Assembly (NCBI RefSeq): GCF_006345805.1
Contig: NC_043006.1
Location: forward strand, 23,126,001 to 23,190,000
Source: Octopus sinensis
Lineage: Eukaryota
Direction of reading: 5' to 3'
Length of the DNA stretch: 64,000 nucleotides
Shown: positions 37,115-50,500 of the stretch, piece by piece
How the letters are laid out: the number at the start of each line of letters is the position of its first letter
Position numbering within the stretch: the stretch's first letter is position 1
Translations under genes and position numbers: made by a program
The notes under the pieces: model-generated
What the model was told of the DNA's origin: nothing
What the model saw: only the letters and a program-made list of their open reading frames with translations
The model's database searches: none

Positions 37115-37594
37115 GGATGAAGGTAGCGAGCTGGCAGAATCGTTAGCACGCCTTTACGTTCTGAGTTCGAATTCTGTCGAGGTCGACTTTGCCTTTCATC
37201 CATTCGGAGTCGATAAAATAAGTGCCAGTTGAACGCCCGAGTTGATGTAATCGACTTGCTCCATCCCGCAAAATTCCAGGCCTTGTGTCTATAGTAGAAA
37301 GCATTGGGTTGGGTTGACCCTCTATATTCTAGGTTCAAATCCTGCCAAGGTCAGCTTTGCTTTATCCTTTATCCTTCCGTAGTCAATAATCTACAGTGCC
37401 GGTTAAATAGGGAGGTCAATATAATTGATATGACTGATTATTCATCTTCGCAATTCGAGGCCTTGTACCTACGTTAGAACCTAGTACCTAGGATTTCTGT
37501 AATTGCGCAGTTAAAAACAAGCGTTCATTTTGTGGGGCAATGGGGTCTTTTCTAGCAAGTCCTGGAATGCTCCTTTAAATAATCGACCTCACAA

Positions 37595-37629
<35 letters not shown>

Positions 37630-37830
37630 ATGGGTCAAAATCGATCACGCCAGAATTTGAACTCAAAATGCTGGGTACTGGATCCTCTAAGAATTCAGGA
37701 GACCGCTCCTATATTTTATCAACTGCCGAAAGGAAAGGAAGCAACGTTACCTCGGCGGAATTTGAACTCAGAAAATGCAGACGGCTGAAACACAGCGCGA
37801 TGCTTTTTGCCTAGAGCTTAAACGATTCTG
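37115..37830. mobile_element. Family A SINE copies and remnants
   Basis: 37115-37290 (+), ~37320-37480 (+, degenerate), ~37700-37830 (-). Confidence 0.65.
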
Positions 37831-38230
37831 TGAATTCACCTGTATTTAAGGAGCAAAACTTCAACTTTCTATCTGTAGTTGCAATCAAAATATGTTCAGA
37901 TAAGCGGTAAAATTCTTGTGTGAAGGTTAGTAAAACATTCTAAATATTGGATCACCATAAAATATTAATGGCTGTGACACTATTAATAAGGTTTGAACTC
38001 GTGATTTAATGACAACATAAATCTCTAAGTATCCTAAATACTTGAAGTTGAATTAGGAATTAATATTCATTCGCTTCAGTGTCATGCTTTTCTACAGAAT
38101 TCAGTGCCTCTTCACAACCGGAATACAAACAACACACATACGTACATAGATACATGTATACATACAAAAAAACATACACCATGTGTGTGTGTAAATGTAT
38201 ATGTATAAATACATACATACATTATTTATG

Positions 38231-38261
<31 letters not shown>

Positions 38262-38699
38262 ATATATATATATATGCCTATACGCTCGCACGCGCACGTA
38301 CACACACACACATTAGGTGAGAGCTAGATATGGTCTATATAGGAAAAACGCAATTGTATTCAAATTAGTTTCAACTTACACTCCGAGCTCTTTATCCAGG
38401 AATAGGTCCGCAGCGTCAAGAGTGGCGGTAAGAGAAATCCAAAATAAGTTGGTATGGAGGTAGTAATACATAAGCACAGGAGTTGCAGAGTTCCACTTAT
38501 GAAGCCCACCCATGCTATACCACTGTTGTCGCTTTCGGTTTGTATCGCAATTTAATAAGGACAATTTACTTTTTTTACTATACGATGGTAAATTGTATGT
38601 TAACTCATAAATGCATATACATATTCACACACGCACACTCACACACACATGTATATATAAATACTCCTGGTTGCTTGAAACCAACAATTCTATCCCTTT

Positions 38700-39700
38700 A
38701 ACCCAACCAACAATCGCCCAATCGCTCTCACCTCTAAAATTTACAAGGTAATGGAGACACATTAATAATGACGTTCGTCAACACTTCTCTTCTCAGTACA
38801 GCTTCCGCAATGCCAGACCTACGGGAGCCCTACTCTGTTATGTCCATCACCAATCTCGCTTTAGAGAACTTCGGTGTAAGGAATGTTCTTGCTCCATAAT
38901 ATCAGCGAAGCATTGACAGTTTCTAGCATACAATCTCCTCTTAAAACTATCCACCTATAGGCCCCACCATCTCTCATTTCTTGGAATCGTAGCTTCTTAT
39001 CAGATCACACCATCGCGTCATATGTTGACAGAGCTCTTTCTGCCTGTGCTTCAATCAACTCTGGTGCCCCCTGGGATCGATTAAGTCTCTTCTTTTCATA
39101 CATTGATAACCTATTTGCTGCCACATCTAAAAACATCTCTTATTACGAAGATGACACTGCCCTTCATTCTTCCTTAATTTTCCCCAACTGTGCATCATCC
39201 ACACGCAGCCTAAACATCACATACCAAAACTGCACTGATCTCAAAAACAGAGACCACGATTGCAACCGCCAAAGAGGCCATCCCAAATTTACTTCTTTTA
39301 GCAGCAAAGAAAATTCAAGCGCTACTCATTTCAAGAAAACACTACCGCACTACAAGTCCTCTAAACATATACAACACTCAGCTGAAGACACCTCACCGTC
39401 ACTTCAAATGCTGGGCTTCCCTATCGCCGAGGATAGGGAGTGACAAAGGCATATCTTTAACATAGCTACGACCGCATCACAAAGATTACCTATTTACTTG
39501 ACGGCCAGAAGATATTTCAGCCCCCAAACAACTGTTGATATTCTTCAAGGCTCAAGTGAAGAACACACTGAAGTACTGGGATGCTGTTAAAGCACACAAA
39601 CATTCTGGATCGTATACAATTCGATTGATCGGTACTCAATCGCTAACAAACGCATTCCAGTGTCTGATCCACAGGCGTACCGGATCCTCTACATGACATT
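38700..39700 (+). pseudogene. Heavily degraded CR1/L2-group reverse transcriptase fragment
   Basis: Remnants NRPIALTSKIYKVME, QYSFR, SGAP.GS, YEDDTAL across shifting frames. Confidence 0.7.
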
Positions 39701-39839
39701 TCTATTCCACAGTCATGACCATATAATTTCTTTTACAAAGAATGTATAATCACGACAGCATGAGGTTTGGTTTGCAAAAAGTAGCACATTACGCGCGCAC
39801 ACACACGCGCGCGCGCGCGCACTTACACACATGAATATA

Positions 39840-41215
39840 CATGGTGGATCAACTACTTGAGAATAAAAATTTTAAAAACTATAAATGGCCCAAACTTCAA
39901 ATATTCTCTCTTTTTTCAGTTCCAGCACAAAAGCATAACGTTCTCATTGCCTTAACCGAAAACCATAGTAATTCTGACATTATAACCTTGTTAAATGTCT
40001 CCAGCTCCTTCATGTTCAAGATCAGAAAAGAATCCCTAGCCTCAAGTATCTTCCGTAGCCAAAATATAAAAAGCATTTTTGACGATAAGCCATTTTCTAA
40101 AAATTCGAGTTTGTCCAGGAAGTCCAGGAAAGTCGAGTTCGTCCTGCATCGTCAATGAGAATCTCGGCGAGTCAATTGGAGCCATTACCTATCATCTCTC
40201 CGAGTCCGAGTCAACGTTTACACGCGTGGTGCATGAAGATGTCAGGTATAAATCCTATGTTATGAGATGAGGGCTGTTTATGTCCGATAAGACCAGTTGT
40301 GTAGCTAGAGTGTGTGACCGCCCCTATATTTCAAATGATAAACAGGTCACGTGTTACTATATCGATTGTTGCATTTAACGGTGAGCAGTGTCCGTGTCCT
40401 GACATTAAAACCACTATTATTTGATTTCACTACAACCTATATACAGGCTTAGAGCCTACAACAGACCATAAAAGTGGTGCCGCCCCATAAAAGTGCTGCC
40501 CTGGACAGACCGCCCCCTCCGCTCCCCTTTAGCTACGCTAGTGGATAAGACGCGGGGGAACCGTGTGATCCGGTCAATAGGCTTGCTGAACAAGCTCAAA
40601 CACACCGAGAAGCCCGACTGGTTCTTCTCAGAAGAGAACTTTGTCGAAGATCAAAAAGTGAACAAGAGGAATGCCGGATGGCTCTGCGCCATCCACACTG
40701 CAGTCCTCACTGTCATGTACACCAAAATCCCATCGTCTGTGATAGTGTTGTGGACTGTGAGCAATGTAGGTCATGTCGTACCTCCTCATTCCCCCCTCCC
40801 CCCCGCAAGTTCTTAGGGTCAATGCACCTGGCTAAATCGAGACAATGAAGACGGTTATCAAACCCTGGACCGAGAGAGTGCTCGGAGGAGACCTAAGCGC
40901 TCCAGCAAGACTCTGCACCATCTCGCAAACTCTTCACGACCTAGGAGTGAATGGCCGGAAATTTTCATGATCATGTTACTCCTCGCATTCGGCCTCCTAG
41001 CTCTCTGATTTAAACCTCTTGGACTACTACGTCAATGAGAAAGTAACCAACGAGCATGCCAAGGGTTCGTTTACGCCTGCTTTAGGGGAGCTTGTGGCCA
41101 ACATAAATAAAGATTATCTGATCAACGTATTTAGTCGTTTCACAAGACGTATCAATGGAGTAGCAGAGGCTGATGATGGTTTTATTGAATAGCTTTTGCA
41201 AAATACTCTGATCAA
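39840..41215 (+). pseudogene. Degraded maT/DD37D-type (Tc1-mariner) transposase interrupted by a MITE
   Basis: VHEDVRYKSYVMR*GLFMSDKT[insert]RGNRVIRSIGLLNKLKH...WFFSEENF...QQDSAPS...FHDHVTP. Confidence 0.8.
40294..40543. mobile_element. 250-bp hAT-type MITE with 8-bp TSD GATAAGAC
   Basis: TSD at 40286-40293 and 40544-40551. Imperfect 17-bp TIR cagttgtgtagctagag / ctttagctacgctagtg. Removing it restores the maT frame. Confidence 0.85.
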
Positions 41216-41689
41216 TTTCTTAGTCTAAAAATCCTTCAGTGAGGTGTCCTAGCATGGCTGCAGTATAATGTATAATGACTGAAATAAGTAACAGATTAAC
41301 TGTTGTGCCATTGAATTACAAATAACGCTCATCTTGTATTCTCAGGTGACTCTACAGCTTCCAAGACTACAACTGTATTCGTCTTGGCTTAGGAAAAATG
41401 ACTAAATTGTGGCGGTTAAACCCCCATTAACGTGTCATACTAACCTCCTAAGAAGTTTAAATTTTAGGAATATCACTTCATTTGTGTCTAATATCTACGG
41501 TTAAAATTTCATCAACAGCAAAAATATATGAATTTTCATGGGACTTATATATATATATATATATAAGTAAATATAAGTATAATATATATATATATATAAG
41601 TATATATATGAGTGTTATACTAATACATCTGTCTGTTTGTTGTCTACACCACATGTCTTTCGTCTTATGATTTTTTCTGAATTCTCCCC

Positions 41690-41740
<51 letters not shown>

Positions 41741-41745
41741 TATAT

Positions 41746-42069
41746 AACAAAATATTAAGGAATTACCCTGAGAAGGTCGTTCGACTCATTTGAAAAGAGA
41801 AGCTAAAACTCAAAACCGCAAAAAATAGTAGTAATTCTGAAACTAGAGGAAAATAAAAAACATTTATCCCCTTCAAACTTTGTACCCTGCAAGGTTTCAA
41901 CATCTTCACGCAATCAAATTAAATTAAATTAAATTAAATTGAAGGGGATAAATGTTTTTTATTTTCCTCTAGTTTCAGAATTACTACTATTTTTTGCGGT
42001 TTTGAGTTTTAGCTGCTCTTTTCAAGTGAGTCGAACGACCTTCTCAGGGTCATTCCTTAATATTTTGTT
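41746..42069. repeat. 131-bp near-perfect inverted repeat with 62-nt spacer
   Basis: Arms 41746-41876 and 41939-42069; about 3 mismatches by eye. Confidence 0.92.
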
Positions 42070-42164
42070 GAATGTATCATATAGTCTGTGACTATTTCTA
42101 TTTTCTCACTTGACCGATGGTGGCAGAAAATTTTTTCTTGAATTTTTTGTTACCCTTATATTGA

Positions 42165-42181
42165 TTGATATATATATATAT

Positions 42182-42248
<67 letters not shown>

Positions 42249-42298
42249 CATACATATATAATATATATATATATATAGATATATATATATATATATAT

Positions 42299-42366
<68 letters not shown>

Positions 42367-42430
42367 CATACATAGATATATATATGTATATATATATGTG
42401 TGTGTGTGTGTGTATATATACACACACACA
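42165..42430. repeat. (TA)n/(TG)n microsatellite
   Basis: Direct reading. Confidence 0.9.
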
Positions 42431-42784
42431 CATTTAAAAATGTAACCACATATGTGAATCGTTGGCGGTTTTCTTCCTCCTCCGTCTTCCTTTTCTATTG
42501 GACTTTCCTCTGTTTCTGAAGAAGAGCGTTATATATATATTTTGATACAGTTTCAAAATACGAGCTGTGGCCATGCTGGGGGCATGTATATATATCCTTG
42601 TTTCTTTCTGTGGAAGAGCGATCGCTACAAGCGTTAAACACTTATTTAGTTCCCGAGTGTTATACTAATACATCTGTTTGTTGTCTACACCACCTGTCGT
42701 CGTCTTTTGTTTTTTTGTGTGGATTCTTCTCTCTCTCTCTATCTCTCTCTCTCTCTCTCTCTCTCCATATATACATATATATAT

Positions 42785-43110
42785 AACAGGCTTGTTTCAG
42801 TTTCCACTTACAAGGCTGGTCGGCTCGAACAATGTGGTTGGGAAGCAAGCTTCTTACCACACAGCCACGCCTACACATGTAAAAACATTTATATATACAT
42901 TTATAGATACATACATTAAGATATATGTGCGAATGTGGGTGTCTTTGTGTTGGTATATTTATGTCCCCGTAACTAAGCGGTTCGGCACAATCGACTTATA
43001 GAATAAGTACTAGGCTTAAAAAAATAACTACAGGACTCGATTCATTCGACTAAGCTTCCTCAAAGCGGTGCCCCAGCATGACCGCAATCTAATGACTGAA
43101 ACAAATGATA
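42785..43110. mobile_element. Family B SINE pieces (- head, + tail)
   Basis: Includes ggtgccccagcatgaccgc tail motif at ~43067. Confidence 0.7.
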
Positions 43111-44476
43111 CAAAATATGGTATATGAAAAGGAAGGGAAAATTGAAGCAAGATTAATGTAAAAGCCAGTTGTAACTGAAGGCAAAGAAGTGAGTGAGTTC
43201 TGTTTTGTTGTAAGAAGTGTCTTTCTTGTAATTCATACCTTTTGACCTCTTCCGTTAACTCCTTCACCACTTTGACCTTACGCCGCTTACCCTCTTTATA
43301 ACGGGGCTAGGGAGTAGATGGATAGAAGGGACGCCAAAGATAAAAGAACAAAAAAGGGTGTCGAGAAGGAAGTTAAGTGGTAAACTTTGAATTAAGAACT
43401 GAGATGGAGAAAAGAAAGAAATGAGTTGAGAGATAGAGATAGAGAGAGATAAGGAGAGATGGGGGAGAGGGATACAATAGTGTGGTGGGAGAGATGGACG
43501 AGGAGAGAAATAAGGTTTCAGGGGAGAGTGGGGTCCAGGGAAACAGTTTGAATTACGAGAGGTTTAGGGGTGGGTGGCTTTTTGGGTCTTACTGGAAAAA
43601 TGGCGTTCTCACTGTTAGGAAGAGAAGAATATGTTTGTTTATTCAAGCTATTGATACAAGAACTCACCACACACACAAACACATACACACACACATATAT
43701 ATGCATACTATTTCGCTCTCTCTCTCTCTCTTCTCTCCCTCTTTCTATGTGTGTGTGTGTGTGTGTGTACATATATGCATACATACACACAAACGTACAT
43801 ACATATACATTAACGAGCACACACAGAGTAAGCAATGTTACACGCAGCCATACACACAGACACACACACACACACACGTACATATATATACATGCATACA
43901 CATTGATGTATGCGCGCATACTCATCCGTCCACATAACAATGTGACAATGTGATACACAGCCACACATATATAAACACACCCACACTTACGTATAGACAC
44001 AACTACATATACACAGTTTCACATACACAACCTCAGACACACGTACACACACACATGCACGCGCACACATTTAAGTTAATGTGACAAAAGAACGAGGGAT
44101 TATTTCACTCAGTAGGGTTCACTTTACAGTGTTGTGGTTTAAACACGGTGAACAATTATATTTCTTAAATAAAAGAGGTGTTTTTGTTGGCGGTAGTGTT
44201 GTATGTGGTTGCGCGCACGCCTATATATGTGTATCCGTGTGTGTATGTGATTGCGAGTGCGCCTGTATGTGTGTATACGTCTGTGTGTATTTATCTGAAA
44301 AATCTACTTTCACAATTCATTCTCTCCGCATATCATCAATATCGACTCGTTCGTCATCAATTAATGGTCTCCATTTCAGGCATAAAGCCAGTAAAGTTTC
44401 AGGGAAGGGCGTAATCGATTACATCAACCTCAATGCTTAACTGGTATAATATTTTATCGATGACCTCAGTTGAATT

Positions 44477-44688
44477 ATAAGTTAAGTTAAGTTAATTTAT
44501 TGGCTCAAAAAGCAAAAAGCAAGGCCATGTAGGGGGGCATGGAGTTATGTACAGGGTGGTGTTCATGCAAAGAGTTCAGGCCATTTGTGGTCAAGGGAGA
44601 CTTTGAACCGAGCGGTCGTCGGCATCTTCACTATCTCGTCCGGCAGCTTATTCCACGGATCCGCAACCCGGACGGAGAAAGCCCCTAT
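44477..44688 (-). mobile_element. CR1 LINE 3' end fragment (same family as 22525-22745)
   Basis: Reverse complement match including the (TTAAC)n tail. Confidence 0.85.
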
Positions 44689-44879
44689 CTCTGCTTGGGT
44701 TAGATATAGTTTGGTACCATCCCTAAACCACAGTTGTTCCCAGGACTACTCTAACCCGGGGTAGTACCAGTGGTCAGTGTGCCAGTTATTGGTTAATTAG
44801 TATATTGCAGTTTGTCTATCCATGCATGTGAAGACTGTATTCAGCGGAATCTGCAGAAGAAATATATATATATATATAT

Positions 44880-45030
44880 AACGGGCTTCTTTCAGTTTCT
44901 ATTTATTGAATCCACAACACAAGGCTTTAGTCGGTCCAAGGCTATAGTGGAAGATACTTGCCCAAGGTGGCACACAGTGGAGCTGAATCCGGAACTATGT
45001 CGTTGGGAGGCTAGCTTCTCACCACATACA
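44880..45030 (-). mobile_element. SINE family B head
   Basis: Reverse complement of the family B head. Confidence 0.7.
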
Positions 45031-45055
45031 TTGATAGATAGCAGGATGGATACAA

Positions 45056-45096
<41 letters not shown>

Positions 45097-45098
45097 CA

Positions 45099-45139
<41 letters not shown>

Positions 45140-45939
45140 CATTTGCACATGCATACACACACACACATAACGTACATTATATATATATGAAGAGAGAGAG
45201 ACAGACAGACAGAAAGAGAGAGAAGAACGTTTTGGCAGTAGAAACAATAGTGGTGGTATTGGTGTTAGTGTTGATACCATGGGCGGTAACGAAGACAAAG
45301 GCGACATTACTACGACGTGTAGAAGCTTCAACGCAAACGTGCGCGCGTGCACGCACTCACACACACACTGTGCTTTATCATCAGCATTTCAATTGCTATT
45401 TTGATATTTGCAGCTGAGCTGAACTGTCACACCACCAGACTTTTCAGTTTGGGGTTTCATTACAAGAAATTTATCTGGAAATCCTTAAAAACATAAGTGC
45501 TGCTTTGATGACTGGTTTACAACCCATAAACTGATCATATTTCTACACATTTATTTTCTTGTTCAAATTTTCTATTCTACATGAAATATGCAATAATGAT
45601 TGTTTCAGTCATTCTATAGTAATATCCTGCCAACATCTATCTCTTTTTCCTGTAATATATAGGGATTGAATAACGTACGCCCAACAGGGTTGCTGTCATA
45701 ACCTCAAGTATCCACAGAGAGCGCAGCAAAAAATTCAATGGGCCCCTCATTTTAATAACGTAAAACAAAAAAACTGTAGAAATGGGGTGCTTTTTTTCTT
45801 TGCAGTTCACTTTCGCCAAAGCAGTATCCTCAGCTCATATATCTTCATTAAACTATACATATACGTGTGCGTGTGTATGTGTGTGTGTCCGTATGTGTGT
45901 GTATGTATGTATGTATGTATGTATGTATGCATGTATTTC

Positions 45940-46157
45940 GGTCTTTCAAAATGTGACCTCGTGTGTACCGTTGGTGATTTTTTTCCTCTGTCTTCCCTTC
46001 TCTGGATCTTTCCTTCTCCTATGTTTCCGACGAAGAGCTCCGCTCGAAACGTTAAACCCTCCTTCTTTCCTTCTTTCCTGAGCGTCCAATAATACTATAT
46101 TTGTTCCACGTCCTCGCGTAGTTATGTTTTTTTGTGCTTTCTTGTTTGGATTAACTA
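45940..46157 (+). mobile_element. Penelope-like terminal-repeat fragment with hammerhead-like motif at 46023-46057
   Basis: GUUU-CCGACGA-A-GAGC ucc GCUC-GAAA-CG-UU-AAAC. Related tails at ~41610-41690, 42440-42730, 51520-51595 and 60590-60805. Confidence 0.6.
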
Positions 46158-46286
46158 TGTATGCATGTATGTATGTATGTATGTATGTATGTATGTATGT
46201 ATGTATTATGTATGTATGTATGTATGTATGCACGCATATATATCTATATATATCAACACATATATGATTATACATATATATATGAC

Positions 46287-46783
46287 ATTAGAAATATTGC
46301 ATTTCTAAATCTCTTAGAGAGAGAGTTATGCAGTAACAGCACGTTAATGTGATGGTTTGTTGCCAACTTAATGTGGCAGTCCCAAGAAAGGGAATAATGC
46401 TACTGCTATTTAGCCCCAAGAAACACCGTTTCTGCTTGGCTACGTGACACAAGCTTTCTGTGTCGTTAAGTCTTCAAACAGGGGAGATAAGCACCTTTAC
46501 CCAAGAAAGCTAGCATACAGAGACTACTTTCAGGGTAGTTGCCCTTCATCAGCCTGGAGTGCTAAATCGCTGTTGAAAATTTTTAGAATTTCCAGTGAAA
46601 TAAATTCACTAATCTACAAAATTAGAAATATTTCATTTCTAAATCTCTCAGAAAGAGTTATGCAGTAGCAGCACGATAAAGTGATGGCTTGTTGCCAACT
46701 TAGTGTAGCAGTCCTAGGAAAGGGAAGAATGCTACTGCTATTTAGCCCCAAGAAACACTGTTTCTAGTTGGCTTCGTGACACA
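46287..46783. mobile_element. Direct-repeat pair of the 5810-6284 family (46287-46560, 46621-46783)
   Basis: attagaaatatt(g/t)catttctaaatctct...gctactgctatttagcccc is repeated; hammerhead on the minus strand at 46518-46556. Confidence 0.85.
46518..46556 (-). ncRNA. Minimal type-I hammerhead motif (stem III mismatch)
   Basis: CAGG-CUGAUGA-AGGG caacua CCCU-GAAA-G ua G-UC-UCUG. Confidence 0.6.
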
Positions 46784-47199
46784 TCAGTGCAATAACAAAA
46801 GAACTTGCTATTGCAAGCAAAAATGAATACTGCAAAAAACGCATTTGGCCAAATTTGTACATAGGACAGTTTAACATAAAAGCAACGATATATATATATA
46901 TAATACAAATAAAAAATGGAGAAACAAATTCAGTTTGTTCATCAACTTACGTATATTAAATAACATTATAAAATCCGTAAGTTGATGAACAAGCCAAATT
47001 TGTTTCTTCATTTTCTTATTTGTATTATAAATTTACGGTAAAAATATTTCTTTACCTTCACCCGTTTAATACAATAAATGAATTAATTGCATTGCAATTA
47101 AAAACATTTATTTATTAAGAATTTGGATACTTTACCAACAGTGTATTGGATAACTGATATCCCATAGTGGGTTATACTCATAACCCCTATCTTATTCTA

Positions 47200-47257
<58 letters not shown>

Positions 47258-47619
47258 ACAATTTAGAGGACAGACCACTAAAAGTGGACAGCCTGTATGC
47301 TAGAAATAGACATCAAAATCGTCATTTTCCACGAAGAATGTGTTCTCAAGAAAAAAACTCAGCAAAAAACCAAAGCGTAAAAATAAGCAAAACAAAGGAA
47401 AATATACGAAATAAAAAACGATTACCTATGTACTAATTAGTTTCACTTGTTAATATTAACGTATGTGGACACGTATACATCTGCAAAAGATCATCAGCAT
47501 AGTCTGTCGTTTACAAAACACAATTTCCAGAACTAGATATAGAACGCTCAACCGAAATCCAGCATGTATAAAGTTCTACATTATTATATTCTTATATTCA
47601 TGTGTTATGACAGCAACCC

Positions 47620-47711
<92 letters not shown>

Positions 47712-47725
47712 GTGTCTGTGTGTGT

Positions 47726-48035
47726 GAGGCATAATGACCCAGTGGTTAGGGCAGCGGACTCGCGGTTGTAGGATCGTGGTTTCGATTCCCAGACCGGGTG
47801 GTGTGAGTGTGTGGCCTTCACGCCACCTTAAAAGCTTCATGAATCTGCGGCAGTGGGTGGTGGCGATCCCTGCTGTACTTTTTCGCCACAATGTTCTCTC
47901 AATCTTTCTTCTGTTGGCCTGCTCGCTTAGCGAGCGGGGTGGCGTCATTTGAAGGCTAAAACAATGCGAAGCGCATTGTGACCAGCGATGTGTAGCAACA
48001 TCTGATAGCCTGGTCGGTCACGGTGATCACGGTGA
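47726..48035 (+). mobile_element. SINE family C (tRNA head, gtgacc...ggtcac hairpin tail)
   Basis: A-box-like tgacccagtggtt, B-box-like ggtttcgattccc; second copy at 52177-52480. Confidence 0.85.
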
Positions 48036-48304
48036 TATATATATAAACGATGAATAGCTTTGCGTAAATCATGGTCCGTTTTGTTGTCTTAGTTTATTAT
48101 CATCTTATAATCATCTCATAATAATGACTTTTATGACTCGTATTACTACCTCAGTCAATCTAAATGTATATATTTGTCGTTACCTGTCATAAATAGCCTT
48201 TTTTTTATTTGCAATGTGCATTTTCGTTGATTTTTCATATTTTACCCTTACATTTCCACGTGTATTTTATATTTTCTTTTTATAACATATTTCTACTATA
48301 TATA

Positions 48305-48348
<44 letters not shown>

Positions 48349-48984
48349 ATATATATATATATATATATATATAGTAATTATTTGGACTCTGGGTATTTGT
48401 CTATTAGTATGCTGACTAAAGCACATGTACCCACGTAATACGAGAGAGTAAAACATGTAGTAGGATGTTTTATACGAAACACTTGGGGCCACACAGACTG
48501 CACTGATTGAAGCCCCACAACTAGATGCACAACATCTTACTCGTAAGGGACAGCTGAGCGTCAAACTAATTGATTCCTTGTGCACGTCCCGTCCTCTTGT
48601 TGCCTGTTATTGTTAATTTTATTGTTCGTTTATTTGAATCGACTATGTGTATGTGTGTGTGTGTATGTGTGTGTGTGTGTATGTATGTGTGTGTGTGTGT
48701 GTGTGCGTAACATAGTATAATTATAAACAGGACAAATTTTAGCCACTTCCCCCGCATATACATGTGTCCACGCATATGTATGCATACATTCACAATAATA
48801 GCATTACAGCATACGTAAGCGTTTAAATGTGTTTGCACATCTCCAGAGAGGCCGTAATTTCTGTTTACATCAACGTCAAACATGCATGTATGTATATACA
48901 TACATACATACATACATACATACATGCACACACGCGCGCGCGCATACAGGGAGTGAGAGAGAGAGATTGATAATGTAATATACA

Positions 48985-49004
48985 TATATACAATATATTA
49001 TATA

Positions 49005-49042
<38 letters not shown>

Positions 49043-49203
49043 GATATATATATATATATATATATACTCACACACACACACACACACCACACACACATAT
49101 ATATATATATATACACATACACATATATATATACACACACACACATATATATATACATATATATATACTTATATGTATGTATGTATGTATGTACGTATGT
49201 ATG

Positions 49204-49239
<36 letters not shown>

Positions 49240-49240
49240 G

Positions 49241-49271
<31 letters not shown>

Positions 49272-49378
49272 CAGATATATATATATATACATGAGACATA
49301 TAATATATATTCGAGATATATACATGTATAGTATATATATATATTATATATATATATAGATATATATATATATATATC

Positions 49379-49437
<59 letters not shown>

Positions 49438-49448
49438 TATATATATAT

Positions 49449-49492
<44 letters not shown>

Positions 49493-49520
49493 GTATGTAT
49501 GTATGTATGTATGTATGTGG
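48985..49520. repeat. (TA)n/(CA)n/(TATG)n microsatellite block
   Basis: Direct reading. Confidence 0.95.
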
Positions 49521-50064
49521 TTGGAGGCAGCAGGCCAATATTAAAAACAACGAATGTGCAATATTTAGTTTTGCCCTGCGTAAATAGTTGTTGGCTGTTG
49601 ATATAAATATATTCTTCCCACGAGATGTAAGAACACTTTACAACTTGCATATACGGTAAAGTCAATATTCTGAATAAAAGAGTACATATCCTACATTGCT
49701 AATGTATTGAGCTTTCTGTTGAACAATAGTATCCTTGATATTTTTATCGGTAAGTTAAAAAAATACAGATATACATGAAACATTTAGCCATCACTTGTAA
49801 CCGATTAAGACGTTGTAGTAAGCGTTAGGCTTTTGTTCATTGTTTTCAGTGCCTATGTAGAGACGTGTGGGCATAACTATCCTTTTAGTTAAAAAATGAT
49901 CTTTGGTGTCGTGAAAGTAAATTGCGCCGGAAGTGACGAGAGTGACACCCCATAATTTCATAAAACCAGGGATCGTTTAATTCAATGACATAGAGTGATC
50001 ATTCAGAATTTGATAGGTAAATATTTCCATTTTTTGTAACGGCTACTAGTCATTTTTATTCGGT

Positions 50065-50500
50065 GCAGGCGTGGTTGTGTGGTAAGAAGTTTTGCTTCCC
50101 AACCACATGGATCTGGGTTCAGTCCCACTACGTGGAACTTTGGGCAAGTTTTTTATACTCTAGCATTGGATCATCCAAAACCTTGTGAGCGGATTTGGTA
50201 AACGGAAACTGAAAAAGCCCAACGTATATATGTATACACATACATACATACATACATACATACATACTTATATATGTGTGTGTTTGTCTTTGTGTCTGTG
50301 TTTGCTCCCCACCACCGTTTGACAACCAGCGTTTGTGTGTTATATCCACGTAACTTAGCAATTCGGCAAAAGGGCCGATAGAATAAGTACCAAATTTAAA
50401 AAAAAGTACTGGGGGTTGATTCATTCGACTAAAAACTCTTCAAGTCGGTGCTGCAGCATGGCCGCAATCTAATGACTAAAACAATTAAATGATAAAAGAT
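50065..50500 (+). mobile_element. SINE family B, near full length
   Basis: Head, internal microsatellite and tail all present. Confidence 0.85.

Noticed and set aside
47726-47800. tRNA-like sequence (also 52177-52255 and the family A/B heads)
   Set aside because: A/B boxes are present but there is no complete cloverleaf, and each continues into a SINE body; these are SINE heads, not tRNA genes.
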